A stretch of 64,000 bases of DNA from a virus. Under the pieces are notes generated by a model that searched no databases, was not told where the DNA came from, and worked only from the letters and a program-made list of their open reading frames with translations. Position numbers and translations under genes: made by a program. Within the stretch, counting starts at the first letter, position 1. Each line of letters opens with the position of its first letter. This document shows, one piece after another, positions 56,398 to 64,000 of the stretch. Location of the stretch: positions 32,001-96,000 of the IMG/VR virus record IMGVR_UViG_3300045988_179268. One strand, 5' to 3'.

Positions 56398-59300
56398 ATG
56401 GCACTAAACAAAACTGCCCTCAACACGGCATCAAACAGCAAGGATACGCATCTTAAACAGCGCCGCTACACCCCGGCGGCGTTACTTGCCGCCATCGTAG
56501 CGCTTCTCCTGCTGACCATCTACCTAGCTACCGGAGGTTCCAACACTGCTAAAACGGTGACCCTAGCCCCCGGTCCATCGCCAGCTGTAACTATCACCGA
56601 AACCGCAAAAGCAAGCGGTATCGGCATCTTCGGTGGTGCCCAAAATCTTGGGCATGGAATGAACCGCCCAAACGCATGGGAAAACAGTTTCAGCACCATC
56701 CCATTAGACAATAAGCAGGGACGAATCTTCACCCTGAAAGAAGCCGTTGGTGGAAACTTAAAATTCACCAACTATGAGGGGGAAGGTGAAGGTGAAGAAG
56801 GGGTTGTCGCCGCTGACCCAGAACGTATGGAAGGCGCACCCAAAACCATTAGCAAAGACTCCGAAAAGCTCACTAAGCTACGCTCAGTGGGCACTATCCT
56901 CGTGGGCGGCGCACTTAACGGTATCGCAGACACCCTAAACGGCGTTACAGGTCTAACCTACGACCTGACCCAGAATTTCGTCACAGCCGCATTCAACCCT
57001 CACACCGTATGTTCCGACCCTAACGATAAAGACTGCGTATTCAACGTCACTAAGCTAGTCTCAGGCGACGGCAAAAACAATAAAGGCATCATCGGAAACG
57101 TCACCGATAGCGTCTACGCCCCGTTCGCAGGTGCCGCCGCACTCATCATCATCGGTGTGGGCGTGTACATTTACGGGCACAAACACAAAAACTTCATGCG
57201 CGCAAGCCTCAACGGACTCTACGTAGTACTTGCAGGCGTACTGGGCTTCGCCGTTCTCTCCAACGCAGGCTTATTCACCAGTATGCCTGTTAGAGTCATG
57301 CAGGAAGTCGGTGGGGCGGCTATGGGTATCACCACCGCCGCTGGCGACGAAGAAACTGGCGCAAGCAAAGACGGCAATACTTCGACAGCATCCGCAATAT
57401 GCAAGTCTAAAGCAGATAACCTCAGCAACTCAGAAAAAACAGTTCTGAACATCAACGCCATGACTTGCACTATTTGGCGTGTCGTAAGGCTAGACCCATT
57501 CGCCCGCGCCCAGTTCGGACGACCCTTCGCACAGCTGGACGTTAAAGACCCAGAAATGGCTGAAATCATCAAAAAGGCTGAGGTAGACCCGAATACTTTC
57601 TGCGTACCCCTGAAAGTTATGGGCACCCCCGCCGACTACCGCAACAAGACCCTGAAACTGGAGGAAAGCAACCACAAAGTCTGTAACGTCGCCGCATACC
57701 AACTGTACCTACAGACAGACGCACAGTTGGGAGACAAAGCTAATGAACGTAAACACGGTGTAGACCCACGGTGGTACAACATCGTCGCTGTCGCGCACGC
57801 AGACGACAGGCTGTGGGACAACTGGTCTTACAGCTGGACATCCGCGTCCAACCGCTTCATGGTGACCACCATCGCCATGCTGTCCTTCGTGCCTATCGCA
57901 ATTGTGATGCTTCTTTTCTCCATCGCATCACTCATTCAGCTGTTCACCGTAGTAATCATGATGATTCTCCTCCCCTTCATCATGATTGCACTAATGGACA
58001 AAAACCGAGGAATGCAAATCGCTAAACGCTACGGCTCCTTCATGGTCGGCGCAGTACTTAGCTTCATCCTCTACAGCACCATCCTCGCCGTTGGTGTCAT
58101 CATCCTATCCGCAATTATCGACAGCGTGGCAGACCTCGCCCTCGTCATGGTCTTCAACATCATTGTCGCCGCCGCACTATGGAAACAGCGCCGCCAGCTT
58201 ATCAGCCTTGTAGAGAACGCAAACCCCATGAGCAACAACTACATGGGTAGCAAGATTGGAAACGTTCTCGACCGACAGAACGCCGCCGGAACCCTCCGAA
58301 GCGGCATGGTTGGCGCACTTAGCGGCGCAAACCTACGCAGTGCATGGCGTAACCGAAACAACGAGAACGCCGAAGGTAAAAAGCCAGGCTTCCTCCGCGC
58401 AGTCAGTAAGAACATGCGTGAAGCTGGTAAGGTTGCCGCTGAGCAGAACATCCTCAGCCGCAAGCCTAACAGCATGGCGGCAACTTCCATCCGCACTCGC
58501 CAGAAGCTTGAAGCAGATAAGATGCAAGAGCTACAGCACTACAACGCCGCAAAGCAGAGCGAGATGGAGACTGTCAGGAGCGACCGTCAGCTTGCCCACA
58601 ACACTGTGGAATACGGTCAGAACGCAACCACAGCACAAGCAAACATCGAGCAGACCGCTGTTGCAGACGCAAACAACGCCGCAAACGTTATGCGTCGCAC
58701 CAACGAGAACATTCAGCGCCTCGTTCTGGAGTTCGCAACCGGCGGCGACGGCTCCGACCGCTTCCAGCGCGAAACCTTCGCAGACATCTTCCGTGCAGAG
58801 CAAGCTATGCAGGCGGCAAGCCATAAGCGTAAGCTGGCTAACATCGTCGGTGACGAGTATGCCGCAATGCAAGCAAGCGCCGAGTACAACCAGGCACGCT
58901 CCCTCAAGGGTCTTTACGAGGAATCCCTCACCCTGCAAGAACGTAGCGCCTACGGCAACGAACTTAACCGCATGTTCCAGGCAGACCCGCTACTCGCCAA
59001 GAGCAAGAGTGCTATCGAGGATGAGTTCGCTCAGGCACGTCAGCGTGACCTCCAAGCAACCGAAGCTGGTATGCAAACCTACCAGGCAACATCTAACGCC
59101 AACAAGTCGCTCACTGGTCTTCTCGACAAGGAACACCAAGAGAAGGCTATGCACTACGCTACAGACGCACGCAAGCGTGCCGAAAACAGCGAAATTGTGA
59201 AGAAGATGAGCGCCGAGGAAGCAACAGCATTCCTTAACAAGACCCACGATGCCGCACTCAAGGAATACCTTGAGAATAACGCACCTGAACAGCGTGAGGG

Positions 59301-60507
59301 TCTTGCACTCAAGATGCCTGAACTTAACCGCCTCGAAATGCCTGTCCACACTCTGTCCACGCCAGAGGAACATAAACAGCGCCTACTGGATGAGCAGGAA
59401 CGCCTACGTCAGGAAAAGGAACGTCAGGAAAAGGAGGCGCAGGAACGCGCACGCCAGGAAAAGGAACGTAAGGAGCGAGAAGCTAAGCATCAGAGGGAAC
59501 AGCAAGAAAATCAGGCATGGGATAAGGAGTTTGAGAACCTGCTGAACAACTCAGGAAACCCCCTCAACCCGCCCACCCAGACGACTAACGAAGGTAATAC
59601 GTCGCAGTCTTCCACCAAGTCCAATAAGGAAGAGAAGCCACCTGTCACTGTGCCCCTGAAAACAAATCCCAACAACAACCTTAATACCAAGAATCTCAAC
59701 AGCGGCAACACACAGAAAACGGAGGAAACCCCTCTAACGGCAACTCAGCCCAATCCAACACCGCTAAACAACCCCACGAAGGGAGGTAACACCCTCAACC
59801 CAAATCAGGCACACAGCGACAAGGAAGAGGTAACGGCTCCCCAGCCGGTACAACCACCCAAACCAGTAGTAGCACCTACGCCCAACGCAAAGGTGGAAAC
59901 AACTCCGAAGTCAATCACTGAGCCTGAAAAAACTAAAGCGAAGGTAGAACCTCAGCCCGCAGAAAAGGTAACGGAAACCCCGGTAGCCGGGAAACCTGCG
60001 AACGCACCTCTACCTAAACCAGAGCCGCCCCTCAAAAAGGAGAAGCCGACGGTAGGTACCCATTCTTCACAGACATCGCCTAAGCCCGCTGAACCTGTGA
60101 AGAAGGAAGAGCCTCAGTCGAAGCCGTCTCCAGAGCCTAAGCCGGAAGCTGCGCCAAAGAAGCAGGAGAAGGTAAACGTGCCACAACAGCCTAAGCCTGA
60201 ACCAAAGCCTACTGTACAAAAACAGGAAGCACCTCAGGCAAATGCTAAGCCAGTGTCACCGAAGGTAGAAGCGCCTAAACCCGCGTCCCCTAAAGCTGAG
60301 ACAGCGCCCATCCCGAAAGTAAGCCCAACACCCGTAAAGGAGGCACCACAGCCGAGGAACCCCCTCAAGCCACAAACTGAACCCGCTGAGAAACCGAAGA
60401 AAAAATTCTTCCGCGCGGCACCGCAACCAATCCGCCCTCAGCAAGACAACGCTCCCAACACACCGAAATATGAAGCACCCACTAGGAGGGTAGATGACAG
60501 CCAGTAA
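56398..60507 (+). CDS. Giant polytopic membrane protein (VirB6/TcpH-like) with coiled-coil and ~350-aa Pro/Lys/Glu-rich tail
   Basis: N-terminal TM, several TM helices around residues 240-300 and 480-600, ERLRQEKERQEKEAQERARQEKERKEREAK, then a PKPEP-type low-complexity tail. Confidence 0.55.
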   Translation: MALNKTALNTASNSKDTHLKQRRYTPAALLAAIVALLLLTIYLATGGSNTAKTVTLAPGPSPAVTITETAKASGIGIFGGAQNLGHGMNRPNAWENSFSTIPLDNKQGRIFTLKEAVGGNLKFTNYEGEGEGEEGVVAADPERMEGAPKTISKDSEKLTKLRSVGTILVGGALNGIADTLNGVTGLTYDLTQNFVTAAFNPHTVCSDPNDKDCVFNVTKLVSGDGKNNKGIIGNVTDSVYAPFAGAAALIIIGVGVYIYGHKHKNFMRASLNGLYVVLAGVLGFAVLSNAGLFTSMPVRVMQEVGGAAMGITTAAGDEETGASKDGNTSTASAICKSKADNLSNSEKTVLNINAMTCTIWRVVRLDPFARAQFGRPFAQLDVKDPEMAEIIKKAEVDPNTFCVPLKVMGTPADYRNKTLKLEESNHKVCNVAAYQLYLQTDAQLGDKANERKHGVDPRWYNIVAVAHADDRLWDNWSYSWTSASNRFMVTTIAMLSFVPIAIVMLLFSIASLIQLFTVVIMMILLPFIMIALMDKNRGMQIAKRYGSFMVGAVLSFILYSTILAVGVIILSAIIDSVADLALVMVFNIIVAAALWKQRRQLISLVENANPMSNNYMGSKIGNVLDRQNAAGTLRSGMVGALSGANLRSAWRNRNNENAEGKKPGFLRAVSKNMREAGKVAAEQNILSRKPNSMAATSIRTRQKLEADKMQELQHYNAAKQSEMETVRSDRQLAHNTVEYGQNATTAQANIEQTAVADANNAANVMRRTNENIQRLVLEFATGGDGSDRFQRETFADIFRAEQAMQAASHKRKLANIVGDEYAAMQASAEYNQARSLKGLYEESLTLQERSAYGNELNRMFQADPLLAKSKSAIEDEFAQARQRDLQATEAGMQTYQATSNANKSLTGLLDKEHQEKAMHYATDARKRAENSEIVKKMSAEEATAFLNKTHDAALKEYLENNAPEQREGLALKMPELNRLEMPVHTLSTPEEHKQRLLDEQERLRQEKERQEKEAQERARQEKERKEREAKHQREQQENQAWDKEFENLLNNSGNPLNPPTQTTNEGNTSQSSTKSNKEEKPPVTVPLKTNPNNNLNTKNLNSGNTQKTEETPLTATQPNPTPLNNPTKGGNTLNPNQAHSDKEEVTAPQPVQPPKPVVAPTPNAKVETTPKSITEPEKTKAKVEPQPAEKVTETPVAGKPANAPLPKPEPPLKKEKPTVGTHSSQTSPKPAEPVKKEEPQSKPSPEPKPEAAPKKQEKVNVPQQPKPEPKPTVQKQEAPQANAKPVSPKVEAPKPASPKAETAPIPKVSPTPVKEAPQPRNPLKPQTEPAEKPKKKFFRAAPQPIRPQQDNAPNTPKYEAPTRRVDDSQ

Positions 60508-61981
60508 CAACCCTATAGAGCCGCCGAATACCCCTGAGAAAACCTCAGTAGTGGACAAGGCAGTGAAGACCGCTGAGACGGCTCAAAAAGTCGCCAAGAC
60601 AGCGAAAAATGTTAGTACTGCAACAACAACAACCGTATCAACCCTAACAAACCCCCTTACATGGGTGGTATTAGGTGTTGTAGCCCTCTTTATCATCCTT
60701 CTTGTCACAGGTATCCCAGCCGCCCAGGTGTGGGGTAAAAATGATAATGCGGATGGATGCTACGGAATTAGCCAGCATAGCGGTAAGAGCAAGTCAGGTC
60801 TGAAACACAGTGAAGACCCGGCAGAAAACGTTCAGAATGTCGCAACCTGGCTATCCTCAACCACTTTTGGTGGTGAATGGGGTAACAAGCCTTTCAGTAC
60901 CAAAATGATTGCCGGACTTATGGGTAACTTTGGGCAAGAGTCCGGGTTTAACTCAGAGCTTACCCAGGGCGGTTCAGGACTCAACTCTAAAATGAGTAAC
61001 GATGAAATGCTCGCCCAAGGTGCCGTATACGGTAAAGCTATCGGCTTCGCGCAGTGGGACGGTGAACGCCGTATCCGACTGGTCGAGTTCGCAAAAGCAA
61101 ACGGCACCCACTGGTCTGACCTCGGAACCCAGATGGACTTCCTTAAAGAAGAACTAGAAGGCGCTGAGGGTGCAAACCTACGTGCCAACGGTTTCATGGA
61201 TGACTCAAAGAGCGTCGCTGAGCTTGTTCAAATCTTTAACGATAAGTTCGAACGTTCAGGTACTCCAAACATGCCGAGGCGTGTCGCATTCGGTGAGGAC
61301 TTCATTAAAGACTTCAAACCGGGCATGAAGTCAGGCGGAAGCTCATCCCTGTCTAAGGGCGGCGGTTCCTGCTTCCTCGGTGGCGAGTCAAGCGCTGACA
61401 TGTCTGGCATCGTTGAGCTTGCGAAAAGTATCGCTTGGGACTCAAACAAGCCAGATGAAGCTAAGAAAATTCCCGTGTCACCATCTGACCCTGACGGTGT
61501 AGAAAACGCAAAGCCCGCATACAAGGAAGCTAAGCGCAAGGCAGAAGAGAAAGGTGGCAAAGACACCCATACGGAACGCGCAGGTGCGGAAGCCCTATAC
61601 GCTAGTTGCGACCGCTTCGTAGCGACCGTAGTCAAGAACACGGTAGACCCTAAAGTTCCGTGGGGAGCAACCGGACAGCAGGCGGAATACTACGCTAACT
61701 CATCCGACTGGAAAGACGTAACAGGTAAGCGTTCTGACCTTCAACCTGGAGACATCCTCATCGCAGGCGGTCCTGGTGGCACTGCTGGACACACCGCTAT
61801 CTTTATCGGTGAGCACGACGGCAAGCCATCTGTCGCTCAAGGCTCCTGGCGTAACGAAGTGGGTGCAATCTACCCCATCGAATACCGCTGGAGCGAAGAC
61901 CTGACCGACCTGTTGGGTCAGAAATACAAAGTCTACAGGTATGTAGGTTCCAACAGTGGAACACCAACCGACAAGGCGTAA
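60494..61981 (+). CDS. Bifunctional cell-wall hydrolase (phage-tail-lysozyme-like domain + NlpC/P60-CHAP-like domain)
   Basis: Overlaps the upstream stop by 14 nt. TM anchor. GLMGNFGQESGFNS...IGFAQWDGERR...MDFLKEELEG. C-terminal SCDRFV (Cys) and GGTAGHTAIFIGE (His). Confidence 0.7.
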   Translation: MTASNNPIEPPNTPEKTSVVDKAVKTAETAQKVAKTAKNVSTATTTTVSTLTNPLTWVVLGVVALFIILLVTGIPAAQVWGKNDNADGCYGISQHSGKSKSGLKHSEDPAENVQNVATWLSSTTFGGEWGNKPFSTKMIAGLMGNFGQESGFNSELTQGGSGLNSKMSNDEMLAQGAVYGKAIGFAQWDGERRIRLVEFAKANGTHWSDLGTQMDFLKEELEGAEGANLRANGFMDDSKSVAELVQIFNDKFERSGTPNMPRRVAFGEDFIKDFKPGMKSGGSSSLSKGGGSCFLGGESSADMSGIVELAKSIAWDSNKPDEAKKIPVSPSDPDGVENAKPAYKEAKRKAEEKGGKDTHTERAGAEALYASCDRFVATVVKNTVDPKVPWGATGQQAEYYANSSDWKDVTGKRSDLQPGDILIAGGPGGTAGHTAIFIGEHDGKPSVAQGSWRNEVGAIYPIEYRWSEDLTDLLGQKYKVYRYVGSNSGTPTDKA

Positions 61982-62035
61982 AGATGTAACCGAACCCAGG
62001 CGGCAAGACGAAGAAAGACAAGGTACCATAGACAT

Positions 62036-63025
62036 ATGGATAAATCTACTAATGACATTAACGACAAGCGCGCTAGTAACCCTTACGCTCGCCGCCTGGG
62101 TCGCCCAGAAAATATTAGCCCCGTAGCCGCACCTGAGGTGCCACCAGGGGGAGAAGGTGATACTGGTAAGACCGAAGGCGAATCCGGCAAGAAGAAGTTC
62201 TCACGCCGCGAAATGTTTCTTGTAGGTGGTGGCGCACTTGCGGCAGTCGCATTACCAGCATTACTTATCGCCCACCCCTGGGAAGCCACAGATAAAGTCA
62301 AAGAGACAGCACCAGCGTCCTTCACTCTCACAGAAGAAGACACCAAGAACGTCACCACGTTCATTGAGTCTTTCCTGAAATCTGCTGGCAACTTTGGTGT
62401 CGATGAGAGTAAGATAACCCCTGCGACTATCCGCAACGTTCGGTACCTCGTAAAGACAAAGAATAGCGGCTATAACGCATATCTGAGAACCCGCGCTGAC
62501 GCATACCGTAGCGTTAGAAGTTCCATCTGGGAAGGTTCACCCGTCTACTACGACGCTGAAACTGTATCCCGATGGAATAAAGAGTCATATTTGGAAGACG
62601 TGCGTATGCCAACTTTCCAAATAAAAGGCGAGGTAAAGGTTCACTTTGAGCCCTCCGGTACGTATTACATTGATAGCGTAGGCACAAGCCACAGAAGGGT
62701 ATCTATAGAGGTTGATTTCACCTCTACCGAAACCGTTCGTGTTCAAGAAGCTGATGGGGTAGGTTCAGATGGTGCTTTCGCTATCTTAGAGAAAGAGCAT
62801 CCTGCTACGGTTAAGATGGAACTCATTGAATCGAACGATAAATGGTACCTCTACTCTCAAAGCGGCACGAAGCAGTACCTTCTAGCTACGTGGGCTGAAT
62901 TTAAGTCTAGCGACTACGCAGAATCCCAAAATGTAGGATTCACTAAAGTTGGCACGATTATCCCAACAGACAGCACGCCTACCCAGCAACCTAGCAGTAC
63001 GCCTTCTAGTACCCCAACGGCATAG
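62036..63025 (+). CDS. Membrane-anchored extracytoplasmic protein, unknown (possibly second TcpC-like)
   Basis: TM MFLVGGGALAAVALPALLIA; TTFIESFLKSAGNF. Confidence 0.45.
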   Translation: MDKSTNDINDKRASNPYARRLGRPENISPVAAPEVPPGGEGDTGKTEGESGKKKFSRREMFLVGGGALAAVALPALLIAHPWEATDKVKETAPASFTLTEEDTKNVTTFIESFLKSAGNFGVDESKITPATIRNVRYLVKTKNSGYNAYLRTRADAYRSVRSSIWEGSPVYYDAETVSRWNKESYLEDVRMPTFQIKGEVKVHFEPSGTYYIDSVGTSHRRVSIEVDFTSTETVRVQEADGVGSDGAFAILEKEHPATVKMELIESNDKWYLYSQSGTKQYLLATWAEFKSSDYAESQNVGFTKVGTIIPTDSTPTQQPSSTPSSTPTA

Positions 63026-63037
63026 CTACATAAAATT

Positions 63038-63084
63038 GAAAAGCACCAGCATAGACACGAAACTGTCTAACGCTGGTGCTTTTC
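63038..63084 (+). terminator. Hairpin terminator
   Basis: GAAAAGCACCAGC / GCTGGTGCTTTTC with an inner AGACA/TGTCT pairing. Confidence 0.65.
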
Positions 63085-63224
63085 GCTACACCTTTTCAGT
63101 TCACAACAATGAAAACTTGCATGAAACTAGTATCTAGGCAATTTTACTGACATAAATATTCACTCTAAAGGCGCGCAGTAAGCACTAAAGGTGCCCACGC
63201 AATACCGGAAGAAATACCTTAAAG

Positions 63225-63632
63225 ATGCTAGTCACAGAAAAAGTCTCTAAAAATAAGTTGCGTGCGCCACAATCTACCTTGCATAATGATGAAATGGAAA
63301 ATAATACAACAGTACCCACGCTATACCTAGCAATTGCCAAAGCAAACCCATACGACACCCCATACGCAACCGTTGAAGAATGCGTTAAATCAACAATGGA
63401 AAACCTGAAAGAATCCCCCGGCAATCCACTCGAAGAGCTAGGGGTGCTTGCCCTCAACGAGGAACAAGACACGCTACAAATCACGCAACCGTACCGACTT
63501 GCAGGCAAAGCAAGGAATACAGCAAGCCTTGCCGCACTCAAAGAAATCATCGAAGACCTACGATTCTGTGGCTACAACACCTCCATAACCACAGAAGACA
63601 CACTCACCTCGTACTCCATCCTCAACGCATAA
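63225..63632 (+). CDS. Hypothetical protein (135 aa)
   Basis: ORF only; weak RBS. Confidence 0.35.
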   Translation: MLVTEKVSKNKLRAPQSTLHNDEMENNTTVPTLYLAIAKANPYDTPYATVEECVKSTMENLKESPGNPLEELGVLALNEEQDTLQITQPYRLAGKARNTASLAALKEIIEDLRFCGYNTSITTEDTLTSYSILNA

Positions 63633-63647
63633 AAGGACGCAACTACA

Positions 63648-64000
63648 ATGGTCGAAAAGTACAACAACTGCCTCATTAACCTCAAGCCGCATTACAGCAA
63701 CGCACAGTTCTATTCATTCCCCATTCAAGAAAGATGGGAGATTCGTATTAGCGACGGAATCTGGATTAACCCACAGAAGCTAGTCGAGACGACTCTCACC
63801 AAAAAAGAGCTTAAAGCAAACCCCGAAATTGTTAAAGAAGCTACTGACTGGCTAGAAAGCCTAGTTGCCAAGAAAAAAGCATACAAATCCCCTAAGGGCA
63901 ACTCATACGCCCTCACGGGGAAAGCAGTGCAAGAGTGGTTCTCCAAAAGACAAGAAAAAGAACCGAAACTACGACTAGGGCTGAAACTGATTGACAAAAA
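63648..64000 (+). CDS. Hypothetical protein, 3'-truncated by the window end
   Basis: ATG after AAGGA. Open frame MVEKYNNCLINLKPHYSNAQF... runs without a stop to position 64000. Not in the supplied track; the 63725..63997 minus ORF is its shadow. Confidence 0.45.
   Translation, partial: MVEKYNNCLINLKPHYSNAQFYSFPIQERWEIRISDGIWINPQKLVETTLTKKELKANPEIVKEATDWLESLVAKKKAYKSPKGNSYALTGKAVQEWFSKRQEKEPKLRLGLKLIDK

Larger units (their letters stand above)
49556..63025 (+). mobile_element. Gram-positive-type conjugative type IV secretion gene block
   Basis: Co-oriented, tightly packed genes for coupling protein, TcpC-like, small membrane protein, VirB4-NTD-like, VirB6-like and cell-wall hydrolase. Confidence 0.65.

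Overview
All functional calls below rest on motif recognition by eye; no search or computation was run.

This 64-kb window reads as part of a large, gene-dense mobile replicon: a conjugative megaplasmid, an ICE-like element or a phage-plasmid-like element. The host looks like a Gram-positive actinobacterium, based on an Rpf-LysM muralytic protein, class-F-like sortases and LAxTG-like sorting signals. I recognised no rRNA, tRNA, CRISPR array, transposase, integrase or relaxase.

**Left ~42 kb (almost all genes on +):**
- Surface-display genes: a wall-anchored GH16-like protein, two sortases and signal peptidase I.
- A phage-like nucleotide, replication and recombination block: a dNMP-kinase fusion, HolA-like delta, a PIF1-like helicase, an SbcD/Mre11-like nuclease, a metallophosphoesterase and a MazG-like protein.
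- A DnaE polymerase encoded as two ORFs with a dnaX-like clamp-loader gene between them.
- A NERD protein, FtsK-like fragments, recA-recX, a CPBP protease and a PD-(D/E)XK/Fe-S nuclease.
- A vWA-PP2C-Ser/Thr-kinase triad (TerY-P-like), NAD-dependent ligase and Rpf.

**Right ~22 kb:**
- A Rep-like gene on the minus strand, then a 0.7-kb gene-free repeat region.
- NrdH and DnaG primase.
- A Gram-positive-type T4SS block: coupling protein, a TcpC-like protein, a VirB4-N-domain-like protein, a giant VirB6-like membrane protein and a lysozyme/NlpC-P60 hydrolase.

**Most striking signals:**
1. The top strand flips from strongly G+T-rich to strongly C+A-rich within about 300 bp at ~43.3 kb, independent of gene orientation.
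2. The split dnaE has Hint-like junction peptides.
3. An FtsK-like gene is broken and duplicated around the recA cassette, and carries a conserved non-canonical P-loop.
4. The TerY-P-like triad has a polytopic-membrane kinase.
5. The T4SS block has no recognisable VirB4 ATPase domain inside the window.
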